A stretch of DNA of 64,000 nt from positions 57,350,001 through 57,414,000 of the forward strand of contig CM126204.1 in the NCBI GenBank assembly GCA_052327205.1, given 5' to 3'. A model generated the notes under the pieces. That model was not told the origin of the DNA. It worked only from the letters and a program-made list of their open reading frames with translations, and ran no database searches. The number at the start of each line of letters is the position of its first letter. The stretch's first letter is position 1. A program made the translations under genes and the position numbers. Of this stretch, positions 34,928 through 45,719 are shown one piece after another. Source of the stretch: Somniosus microcephalus (lineage: Eukaryota).

Positions 34928-37798
34928 GTGCTGCCAATTATGGAGGAAAAAACAAGTCAGCTTGGTAGACAGGGCAAATATATAAGGGCAAGGCTGGATG
35001 GCATCTATTTTAATGCAAGGAGTCTTGCAAATAAGGTGGATGAACTGAAGGTGTTGATAAACACATGGGAGTATGATATTGTTGCTATCACGGAGACATG
35101 GTTGAGGGAGGGGCAAGACTGGCAGCTCAATATTCCGGGGTACAGAATCTTCAGGCGAGACAGAGGGGGAGGTATAAGAGGAGGGGGTGTCGCAATATTA
35201 ATTAAGGAGTCAATTACTGCAGTAAGGAGGGATGATATATTAGCAGGGTCCTCTAATGAGGCCATATGGGTGGAGCTTAAAAACAAAAAGGGGGCAAGCA
35301 CTTTGCTGGGAGTGTACTATAGGCCTCCAAACAGTCAGGGGGAAATAGAGGAACAGATATGTAGGCAAATCTCAGAGAAATGTGCAAATAATAGGGTAAT
35401 AATAATGGGGGATTTCAACTTCCCCAATATTAACTGGGATAGTCAAAGTGTGAAAGGCTCAGAGGGTGTAGAATTCTTAAAGTGCATCCAGGAGAGCTTT
35501 TTGAGCCAGCATGTAGAAAGTCCTACAAGAGAGGGGGCGGTACTGGACCTAATTCTAGGGAATGTGGCCGGCCAAGTGGAAAAAGTGCTAGTAGGTGAGC
35601 ACTTTGGTGATAGTGACCATAATATGGTAAGATTTAAGGTGGTCATGGAAAAGGACAGGGATGGGCCGGAAATAAAGGTTCTAAATTGGGGGAAGGCCGA
35701 TTTTAATAGGATAAGGCAGGATCTGGCCAAAATGGACTGGGATCAGCTACTTGTAGGAAAATCCGCATCGGAGCAATGGGAGGCTTTCAGAAGGGAGATT
35801 GAGATCATACAAGGGCAACATGTTCCCATAAATGTCAAGAGTGGTTCCAAAAACCACAGGGAACCGTGGATGTCAGGGGATATACGGGAATGGATTAGGA
35901 AAAAAAGGAGGGCTTTTGGTAGATACAAAAGGCTAAAGACGGAGGAAGCCCTAGAGGAGTACAAAAAGTGCAGGGGGATACTTAAAAAAGAAATTAGGAG
36001 ATCAAGGAGGGGCCATGAAATAACACTGGCGAGCAAAATAAAGGAAAATCCGAAGATGTTTTATAAGTATATTAAGGGTAAAAGGATAACTAGGGAAAAA
36101 ATAGGGCCCATTAGGGACAAAAGTGGCAATCTGTGTGTGGAGCCGGAAGATGTAGGAGGGGTTCTAAATGAATTTTTTGCATCTGTTTTCACTATGGAGA
36201 AGGACGATGTAGACATAGAAATAGGGCGGGGGGACTGTGATATGCTCGAACATATTAACATCGAGAGGGAGGAGGTATTGGCGGTTTTAGCTGGCCTAAA
36301 AATGGATAAATCCCCAGGCCCGGATGAAATGTACCCCAGGCTGCTGTGTGAGGCAAAGGAGGAGATTGCGGGGGCTCTAACACATATATTCAGGACCTCT
36401 CTGGCCACAGGGGATGTGCCAGAGGACTGGAGAACCGCTAATGTAGTACCATTATTCAAGAAGGGTAGTAGGGAAAAACCGGGGAACTACAGGCCAGTGA
36501 GCCTAACATCAGTGGTAGGAAAATTACTGGAAAAAATCCTGAGGGACAAAATTTGTCTCCACTTGGAGAGGCAAGGATTAATCAGGGATAGTCAACATGG
36601 CTTTGTCAAGGGAAGATCATGTCTGACTAATTTGATTGAATTTTTTGAGGGGGTGACTAGGTGTGTGGATGAGGGTAACGCAGTGGATGTGGTATACATG
36701 GATTTCAGTAAGGCCTTCGATAAAGTCCCGCACAGGAGACTGGTCAAGAAGGTAAGAGCCCATGGAATCCAGGGTGCCTTGGCACATTGGATACAAAACT
36801 GGCTTAGTGGCAGAAGGCAGAGGGTGATGGTCGAAGGTTGTTTTTGTGACTGGAAACCTGTGGCCAGTGGGGTACCACAGGGATCGGTGCTGGGTCCCTT
36901 GCTGTTTGTGGTCTACATTAATGACTTGGATATGAATGTAAAGGGTATGATCAGTAAATTCGCGGATGATACTAAAATTGGTAGGGTGGTAAATAGCGAG
37001 GAGGGTAGCCTCAGTCTGCAGAACGATATAGATGGGTTGGTCAGATGGGCGGAACAGTGGCAAATGGAATTTAACCCGGAAAAGTGCGAGGTGATGCACT
37101 TTGGGGGGTCTAACAAGGCAAGGGAATACACAATGAAGGGAAAGACCCTAGGCAAGACGGAGGGTCAGAGGGATCTGGGTGTGCAGGTACACAGATCCCT
37201 GAAGGCGGCGGAACAGGTGGATAAGGTGGTAAAAAAGGCATATGGGATACTTGCCTTCATTAGCCGAGGCATAGAATATAAGAGCAAGGAGGTTATGATG
37301 GAGCTGTATAAAACACTGGTTAGGCCACAGCTGGAATACTGTGTGCAGTTCTGGTCGCCACACTACAGGAAAGATGTGATCGCGTTAGAGAGGGTGCAGA
37401 GGAGGTTCACCAGGATGTTACCAGGGCTGGAGCGCTTCAGCTATGAAGAGAGACTGGGCAGATTGGGTTTGTTTTCCTTGGAGCAGAGGAGGCTGAGGGG
37501 GGACATGATTGAGGTGTACAAAATTGTGAGGGGCATAGATAGGATGGATGCTGAGGAGCTTTTCCCCTTAGTAGAGGGGTCAATAACTAGGGGGCATAGA
37601 TTCAAGGTAAAGGGCGGGAGGTTTAGAGGGGATTTGAGAAAGAACTTTTTCACCCAGAGGGTGGTTGGAGTCTGGAACTCACTGCCTGAAAGGGTTGTGG
37701 AGGCAGAAACCCTCACAACATTTAAGAAGCATTTGGATGAGCATTTGAAATGCCATAGCATACAAGGCTACGGGCCAAATGCTGGAATATGGGATTAG
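34928..37798 (+). CDS. CR1 ORF2 endonuclease-reverse transcriptase, uninterrupted 956 aa (true start uncertain)
   Basis: APE motifs NARSL, ETW, YRPP, GDFN, SDH; RT motifs KSPGPD, NYRPVSL, QHGF, DFSKAFD, GVPQGSVLGP, FADD. Confidence 0.96.
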   Translation: MLPIMEEKTSQLGRQGKYIRARLDGIYFNARSLANKVDELKVLINTWEYDIVAITETWLREGQDWQLNIPGYRIFRRDRGGGIRGGGVAILIKESITAVRRDDILAGSSNEAIWVELKNKKGASTLLGVYYRPPNSQGEIEEQICRQISEKCANNRVIIMGDFNFPNINWDSQSVKGSEGVEFLKCIQESFLSQHVESPTREGAVLDLILGNVAGQVEKVLVGEHFGDSDHNMVRFKVVMEKDRDGPEIKVLNWGKADFNRIRQDLAKMDWDQLLVGKSASEQWEAFRREIEIIQGQHVPINVKSGSKNHREPWMSGDIREWIRKKRRAFGRYKRLKTEEALEEYKKCRGILKKEIRRSRRGHEITLASKIKENPKMFYKYIKGKRITREKIGPIRDKSGNLCVEPEDVGGVLNEFFASVFTMEKDDVDIEIGRGDCDMLEHINIEREEVLAVLAGLKMDKSPGPDEMYPRLLCEAKEEIAGALTHIFRTSLATGDVPEDWRTANVVPLFKKGSREKPGNYRPVSLTSVVGKLLEKILRDKICLHLERQGLIRDSQHGFVKGRSCLTNLIEFFEGVTRCVDEGNAVDVVYMDFSKAFDKVPHRRLVKKVRAHGIQGALAHWIQNWLSGRRQRVMVEGCFCDWKPVASGVPQGSVLGPLLFVVYINDLDMNVKGMISKFADDTKIGRVVNSEEGSLSLQNDIDGLVRWAEQWQMEFNPEKCEVMHFGGSNKAREYTMKGKTLGKTEGQRDLGVQVHRSLKAAEQVDKVVKKAYGILAFISRGIEYKSKEVMMELYKTLVRPQLEYCVQFWSPHYRKDVIALERVQRRFTRMLPGLERFSYEERLGRLGLFSLEQRRLRGDMIEVYKIVRGIDRMDAEELFPLVEGSITRGHRFKVKGGRFRGDLRKNFFTQRVVGVWNSLPERVVEAETLTTFKKHLDEHLKCHSIQGYGPNAGIWD

Positions 37799-38606
37799 AT
37801 TAGACAGGGCTTGATGGCCGGCATGGACACGATGGGCCGAAGGGCCTCTATCCGTGCTGTATTACTCTATGACTCTATGAGAGGGAACTTGACTCTGCAT
37901 CTGGCCTCCACAATACATTACCTGGGAAGGCTTGTGAAACTGAGTGTCAAAAGTGAAAAGATTTTGTATTCTTCACCACTTAGCTGAAAGGGTTAAAGTA
38001 ATTTAGTAAAATAATTTACTCCCCTCCCCCCGCCAGAAAAAAATATGTGTGTGTATATGAATGCTGTGTTGAGGTTTATTGTAAAAGTCCTTAGAACTGT
38101 TTCTGATGAAATTGGCAGTATTCACCATTTATATTTATAGCTGTCTGTAGCAATGAGAAAAAGATTAGAGCCAAAAGCTGAACATCATAGACTGAATGAG
38201 TTAGCATGATGTAAAAATGGTCACACGTGTATTCGATTTACATTTTAATCAAACCTTCACTATTACATGTACTACTGGTGGCTTTAATTTCCTCTGATAT
38301 TTCATTGGCTAGGGTGTTGTGTGCAATTTTAACATATTTATAACCCATTTATTTTAAACAGGTTAACTACTGAGTTAAGATAACACAGAGGAATTTTAGG
38401 CAAACATGTTAACCAATGTGTTACCAGAGGAAATTAAACTCCACATATTACCTATCCCATCCCATATATGAAACCAGTATTCTGTTGCCAGTTTAAAAAA
38501 AAAGTAAAGCTAACCACTAGGGTTTGTTGAAGAAACAAATGGAATAAAACATTGGAAAGCATAAGAGTCTTTTATTGATTTCCAACAAGTCAGGAAGCAA
38601 CAATAC

Positions 38607-38986
38607 TGTTGAGAGGAGAGTTGATAGAGGTGTTCAAAATCATGAGGGGTCTGAACAGAGTAGATAGAGAGAAACTGTTCCCATTGGCAGAAGGGTTGAG
38701 AACCAGGGGGCACAGATTTAAGGTGATTGGCAAAAGAACCAAAGGCGGCATGAGGAAAAACTTTTTTTACGCAGCGAGTGGTTAAGATCTGGAATGCACT
38801 GCCTGAAAGGGTGGTGGAGGCAGACTCAATTTTATCTTTCAGAAGGGCGTTGGATAAGTATCTGAAGGAAAACAAATTTCAGCATTACGGGGAAAGAGTG
38901 AGGGAGTGGGACTAGCTGAGAGTCGGCATGGGCGCGACAGGCCGAATGGCCGCCTTCTGTGCTGTAACCATTCTATGATTCTATGA
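38607..38986 (+). mobile_element. CR1 LINE 3' fragment
   Basis: LRGELIEVFKIMRGLNRVDREKLFPL...; ATTCTATG repeat tail. Confidence 0.9.
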
Positions 38987-40073
38987 CTGTGAACTGTCTT
39001 TTATTTATTCACAGGCACTCAAGTATAACTGGAAACCTTCTATTACAATTAAGGTGTAGTTTTGAAATAATTTGAACGTATAATACTGGCCTTTAAATTG
39101 TAAGCGATTTTCAGAGTTGACAGTTGTTGGAACTTCATTCCTAGCCTCAAATCTCCAATAAGTTTCATAGAAATGCAATAATTAAAGGAAACCTATTGAT
39201 GTGAAATGTGCCAGTTTTAAACTATCATTTTTCAGTACAAGTCCAAATTAATTCAATATTTGCACAGGTCTACAGAGTGTATCTTACACCATTTTTTGCA
39301 GCAATAGTTTTTTTAAATCCGTGGGTTCAATATGATCCTAAGTTTATTCACTTAAAACTGTTAACTGCCAGTCCTTAATTACTTACCAGTCTTTATTTTG
39401 CCATTTTATTTATTTTACAAACATGTTGCATGTGCCATGGCTGTCTGAGTGTAGGAGGAAATTGGAGTGCCCAGTGTGTGAGACCTGTTTCTCCTAGCTG
39501 CATGCGCAATCAGTCTGAGGGAGGGGTGGGGTGCTTTAACAACTAGGTAAACCAGTTTGTGATGTGGTGATGCACATCATTTTTTAATCTTCCTACTTGG
39601 TGGGTTTTGCTGAAAGTGGATTAGGTGGGTCTTGCCAAAAGTGGTTTAGGTGCAGCAACTTTGAGTTCTGTGTCGTTACACCATTGGGTGATTTTCTGTA
39701 TGGGTTCTTCTGCTTGCCCTGCCCACCCCATGGAAATTCCCCCCACCCCCCGCAGTGGTACCTTGCCCCACCCACCTGTGGAAACCACCCCCTCCTGCCC
39801 CGTCCATTTAGGACATGCTGCAAGCACGGTATCTGGAGAGTTCTGTGTTCGATCATTTTTCTGCATTTTTTTTTGCCTTACTAGCACATTATTTATATTG
39901 CTGTATTTTAATGAAAAGTTTTCTATCCTGATGACACTATTTTTTCTTTAGGGAGATAACGCTGTATTTTGGAAGTTAGGACAGGGAATCCCTGGGAGTG
40001 CGTCAATAGCGGTAAAAGGTCCCTGGGTGTGTGCCAACACTTGCAGGAGGTGCCACATACAGAAAACTGTGGC

Positions 40074-41340
40074 AAGAACATAAGAACATAAGAAATAGGA
40101 GCAGGAGTAGGCCCATCGGCCCCTCGAGCCTGCTCCGCCATTCAATAAGATCATGGCTGATCTGATCCTAACCGCCAATCCACTATCACAGAACCATCTC
40201 CTGAATCTAACAGAATTAGACACACGAAATAGGAGCAGGATCAGGCTACACGGCCCCTGGGCCCGCTCCGCTACCCACAGGGCCATGACCGATCCGAACC
40301 TAGACTCATGTCCAAATTCCTGCCCGCTCCCCGTAACCCTTAATTCCCTTTACTTCTAGGAAACTGTCTATTTGTGTTTTAAATTTATGTAATGATGTAG
40401 CTTCTACAGCTTTTTGGGGCAGCATATTCCATGGACCTACCACCCTCTGAGTGAAGTAGTTCCTCCTCATCTCAGTTTTGAAAGAGCAGCCCCTTATTCT
40501 AAGACTATGCCCCCTAGTTCTAGTTTCACCCATCATCGGGAACATCCTCCCCGCATCCACCCGATCCAACTCCTTCACAATCTTATATGTTTCAATAAGA
40601 TCGCCTCTCATTCTTCTGAACTCCAATGAGTAGAGTCCCAATCTACTCAACCTCTCCTCATATGTCCATCCCCTCATCCCCGGGATTAACCGAGTGAACC
40701 TTCTTTGTACTGACTCGAGAGCAAGGATGTCCTTTCTTAAGTATGGACACCAAAACTGTACGCAGTATTCCAGGTGCGGTCTCACCAATACCTTGTACAA
40801 CTGAAGCAATACCTCCCTATTTTTATATTCTATCCCCCTAGCAATGAAAGCCAACATTCCATTGGCCTTCTTAATCACTTGCTGCACCTGCATACTAACC
40901 TTTTGAGTTTCGTGCACCAGGACCCCCAGATCCCTTTGTACTTCAGTACTTTCCAGTTTCTTGCCATTAAGATAATAACTTGCTCTACGATTTTTCCTGC
41001 CAAAGTGCATAACCTCACACTTTCCAGTATTGTATTCCATCTGCCAAATCTCTGCCCACTTACTTAGCCTGTCTATGTCCCCTTGCAGGTTTTTTATGTC
41101 CTCCTCACTCACTACTTTCCCTCCCATCTTAGTATCATCTGCAAACTTTGATATGTTACACTCGGTCCCCTCCTCCAAATCGTTAATATAGATTGTAAAG
41201 AGTTGGGGACCCAGCACTGACCCCTGCGGAACACCACTAGTTACTGATTGCCAGTCTGAGAATGAACCATTTATCCCAACTCTCTGCCTTCTGTTAGATA
41301 GCCAATCCTCTATCCATGCCAGAATATTACCCCCAACTAC
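40074..41340 (-). mobile_element. CR1 LINE, 5'-truncated RT fragment
   Basis: ORF 40306-41217 (GPQLFTIYINDL, FADD, RPHLEYCVQFW); AAGAACAT repeat tail at 40074-40092. Confidence 0.93.
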
Positions 41341-41799
41341 ATGGGCTCAAATTTATATCCTTACCAGCATGAATTCAGTGTCAACTGTTCAGTGTAGCAA
41401 TAACATGTGTTACACCATTTATACAACAATCCTTTATTCAACAGTCACAGTGAAATGTCTCATTAATTGGCTGATCGAAGCTTCTATGCTAAACAGAGGC
41501 CAGAGAGGTCGAGGCAAATATTAGAAGTTGCAGGCATCATTATATTGACCTTTTCATTACCTGCAGTGGGGGTTGTTAGAAGTTAATTTCCTACTGCAGT
41601 TGCATCCAATGTAGAATACCAACATCTTAACTCATATTTATCATTGAACTAGTGACCATGAGGTGAGTTTTCCAATGGAATCAAAAGTGTCAAAATTTAC
41701 ATGGCAAAACTTAAAGGGGATTTATTTGCGCTGAGCATTAGAGCTAGCACACGTACTGATTGTGTATTAAATGGTAATAATTTTGAGGGAAGAATATCT

Positions 41800-42170
41800 G
41801 TTTCCATGGTGAAAGTTGACTGGAAGTGCAGCGGAGAGGGTGAAAAATTGGCCAGGATGTGTTGGAGGAAGAGCAGCAGGAACAACAAGCGATGACAGCC
41901 TGAAGGTTGAAGGCATAAAAGACAAGCCTTCAAGAATTGCCAATATTCAATGTAGCATGAGTATTGCCGATGTGCCACCTACTTAGAACATAGTGAGGAA
42001 CAGTGTGCATGGATGCTGCGCCTGACAGGGATGTGATGGCTGAACTATGTCTGTTCCTACAACCAGGCATACAGCCAAAGAGCAGCATCCCGATGACACT
42101 CTGTGGAAGTGGAAGTAACCACTGTAGTAAACCTCTGAGCCTCTGGGTCTTTTCAGGCAATGCAGGTTGA
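41800..42170 (+). pseudogene. ancient Harbinger transposase N-terminal relic
   Basis: Reads TYLEHSEEQCAWMLRLT then, after a frameshift, VMAELCLFLQPG; compare SEEQCIRRLRFTKEVITELCHLLQPD of Harbinger B. Confidence 0.6.
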
Positions 42171-42249
42171 ATCGCTAGTATCTAGTTCACTCTTGCTTTG
42201 CAGAAGTATACAGATGCCCTCTTTCACCATAGGCCTGTATACACTAAGT

Positions 42250-42620
42250 TCAATAATAGCTTTGGCTCAAAGTCATAAGGTTGTGAGTTCAAGCCCCACT
42301 CCAGATACTTGAGCACATAATCTAAGGTGACACTTCAGTGCTGTACCGAGGGAGTGCTGCACTGCCAGAGATGCCATCTTTCAGGTGAGATTTTAAACTG
42401 AGGCCTCGTCTGCACTCCCAAGAGTACATAAAAGATCCCTTGGCACTAATCAAAGAAGTGCAGGGGAGTTCATTTGATGTCTTCGCCAACATTTATCCCT
42501 TAACCAACATCACTAATAAACAGATTTATCTCATTGCTGTGTGTGGGACCTTGCTGTACCCAATTTACCTGCCGTTTTTCCCTACATTACACAGTGACTA
42601 CACTGCAAAAGCACTCAGGG
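42250..42620 (+). mobile_element. Deu-domain SINE (SacSINE1-like)
   Basis: tRNA-like B-box GAGTTCAAGCC followed by GAGGGAGTGCTGCACTG...CATCTTTCAGGTGAGA...AAACTGAGGCC, recognised from memory as the Deu core. Confidence 0.75.
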
Positions 42621-43061
42621 ACCTCCCTCCCTCTCTTCCCCCCCTTCCTTCCTCCCTCCCTCCTGTAGAATTTGCAAAATTGAACATTGTCCTATAAGGG
42701 TCTAAAACTAAACTTACCTTATTGTAGATTATTTAAAATAATAAACCTGTGGAAAAAAAAATTCTAAATTACACTAAAACACCACTTACCTGTGAAAATA
42801 AATACTTACGTGTGCTTTTTACAAGCGTAAAGACCGGAGGCCTTTAGACATGCGCAAATCCCCCAAAACAGAGGAAATCCAAGACGCACGCGCTGCCCCC
42901 TACAACGCACGCGCTAGCCGCTTCACCTCTTGGGTTAGAGGAGAGGAAATGCCGGTTTTCAGCGCATGCGCTGTGCATGCTGAAAACCGGCATTTCCTCC
43001 GGCCAGACGCCCTTCCAGCCCTTCCGTACTCACGCGTTTGGGGAGGAATTACTGCCCCACT

Positions 43062-44480
43062 ATGATACTCCCATGTGTTCATCAACACCATCAATTCATC
43101 TGCCTTACTCACAAGACTCCTTGCATTAAAATAAATGCCATCCAGCCTTGCCATACTCCCTTGTGCCGTTACATATTTGGTCTGCCTTCCAGGCTGACTT
43201 GTTTTTTCCTCTATATTTGGCTGTGCATCACCCCCTACTATAGCTCCACTCCGTATCCCACCCCCCTGCCAAGTTAGTTTAAACCCCCCCCCCCAACAGT
43301 ACTAGCAAACCTCCCCGCAAGGATGTTGGTCCTGTTCTGGTTCAGGTGCAACCCGTCCGACTTGTACAGGTCCCACCTTCCCCAGAAGCAGACCCAGTGA
43401 TCCAGGAAACTAAAGCCCTCCCTCCTGCACCAACTCTTTAGCCACGCATTCATCTGCTCTATCCTCCTATTTCTGTACTCACTAGCACATGGCACCGGGA
43501 GTAATCCAGAGATTACAACCTTTGAGGTCCTGCTTTTTAATCCGCTACCTAGCTCCCTAAATTCTTGTTGCAGGACCTCATCCCTCTTTTTACCCATGTC
43601 GTTGGTACCAATGTGAACCACGACCTCTGACTGTTCGCCCTCCCCCTTCAGAATGCCCTGCAGCTATTCAGTGACATCCTTGACCCTGGCACCAGGGAGG
43701 CAACATACCATCCTGGAGTCACATCTGTGGCCACAGAAACATCTATCTGTTCCCCTTATGATAGAATCCCCTATCACTGTTGCTCTCCCACTCTTTTTCC
43801 TCCCCTCCTGTGCAGCTGAGCCACTCGTAGTGCCACGGACTTGGCTCTTGCTGCATTCCCCTGAGAAACCATCTCCCCCAGCAGTATCCAAAAAGGAAAA
43901 TCTGTCGGAGATGGAGATGGACCCAGGGGACTCCTGCACTACCATCCTAGTTCTTTTACTCTGTCTGGCGGTCACCCATTTCCTGTCTGCTGTGCACTCT
44001 TTACCTGCGGTGTGGCCACCTCGTTAAACGTGCTATCCACGAAGGTCTCAGCTTCATGGGTGCTCCACAGTGACTCCAGCCGCAGCTCCAGCTCCGAAAC
44101 GCGGATTTCGAGTAGCTACAGCTGGAGACATTTCCTGCACATGTGTTCATCCTGGACACCAAAAGTGTCCCTGACTTCCCACATAGCACAGGAGGAGCAC
44201 TCCACGGTGCCGAGCTGCTCTGCCATGTCCTACCCTTAATTTACTCCTTTTACTTCCTTTAAATTAAAGAATATTAAATACACTAGGGACCTTACTTCCC
44301 TTTAAACACTACTTACCCTAAACTAGTGACCTTACTTTCACTTTAACGACTGGACTGTAGAAATACTCACCAGGTCCTACTTACCAATCAGCTCCTTCCC
44401 TGGTTGTGACGTCACTTTAGCGGTTTCGCAGTTGTTGTTGTATGACTGCTCCCACTCTCGGACTCTTTCCTTGGTGTAAA
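43062..44480 (-). mobile_element. CR1 LINE 5' portion (5' UTR, degenerate ORF1, start of ORF2), 3' part deleted
   Basis: Cys-rich ORF1 start (CSSCAMWEV...CRKCLQL), esterase motifs GDSIIR, HIGTND, DGLHLN, then MARLDGIYFNARSL. Same family as 34175-37881. Confidence 0.9.
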
Positions 44481-44822
44481 GTAAGAACCAATTCCTACAG
44501 GGTGAAAAGTTAGGAAAAACAAAGGTGAAGCAAGGGAGCTCCTCCTTCCACTTCTCACCTAACTCCCTGACTCACCCAACTAGCAAAGGAGACTTGCTGA
44601 CCCCAGCTACAGGAGAACCAGTTTAATCTAGTTTCCCTAATTAACTGCCTTCAGCTGCTCTGAATTGTAGGTCTTGTATATCCCTTTTATAACCCTGCAT
44701 AAAGCTGGGAAATTTAGATTTTAAACAGTAAACAGTAACAGTAAATGTGAAACAAACAAAAGTTTGATTTTAGCAAACAGTTAAGACTCCCTGACTCACC
44801 CAACTCGTAGCACTCTGTTTAA

Positions 44823-45719
44823 ACTGCACTTTGTCCTGGATGGTGTTGAGCTTCTTGAATGTTATTGGAGCTACACTGATCCAGGCAAGTGGAGAGTATT
44901 CCATCACACTCCTGACTTGTGCCTTGTAGATGGTGGAAAGGCTTTGGGGAGTCAGGAGGTGAGACACTCGTCGCAGAATATCCAGCCTCTGACCTGCTTT
45001 TGTTGCCACAGTATTTATGTGGCTGGTTCAGTTAAGTTTCTGGTCAATGGTGGTGCCCAGGATGTTGATGGTGGGGGATTTGGCGATGGTCATGCCATTG
45101 AATGTCAAGGGTGGTGGTTAGATGCTCACTTTTTGGAGATAGTCATTGCCTGGCATTTGTGTGGCGCGAATGTTACTTGCCACTTATCAGCCTAAGCCTG
45201 AATGTCATCCAGGTCTTGTTGTATGCGGGCATGGACTGCTTCATTATCTGAGGAGTTGTGAATGGCACTGAACACTGTGCAGTCATCAGCGAACATCCCA
45301 CTTCTGACCTTATGATGGAGGGAAGGTCGCTGATGAAGCAGCTGAAGATGGTTGGGCCTAGGACACTGCCCTGAGGAACTCCTGCAGCGATGTTCCGGGG
45401 CTGAGATAATTGACCTCCAACAACTATAACCATCATCCTTTGTGCTAGGTATGACTCCAGCCAGTTGAAAGTTTTCCCTCCGATTCCCATTTACTAGGAT
45501 TCCTTGATGCCACACTCGGTCAAATGCTGCCTTGATGTCAAGGGCAGTCACTCTCACCTCACCTCTGGAATTCAGCTCTTTTGTTCATGTTTGGACCAAG
45601 GCTGTAATGAGGTTTGGAGCTGAATGGTCCTGGCGGAACCCAAACTAAGTATCGGTGAGCAAGTTATTGGTGAGTAAATGCCGCTTGATAGCACTGTCAA
45701 CAACACCTTCCATCACTTT
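44823..45719 (-). mobile_element. LINE family B RT fragment (continues at 47324)
   Basis: DIKAAFDRVWH, GVPQGSVLGP, MFADDC. Confidence 0.9.

Larger units (their letters stand above)
34175..37881 (+). mobile_element. CR1 LINE, 5'-truncated within ORF1, ORF2 intact
   Basis: ORF1 esterase, APE-RT ORF2, 3' UTR and (ACTCTATG)n tail. Confidence 0.97.
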
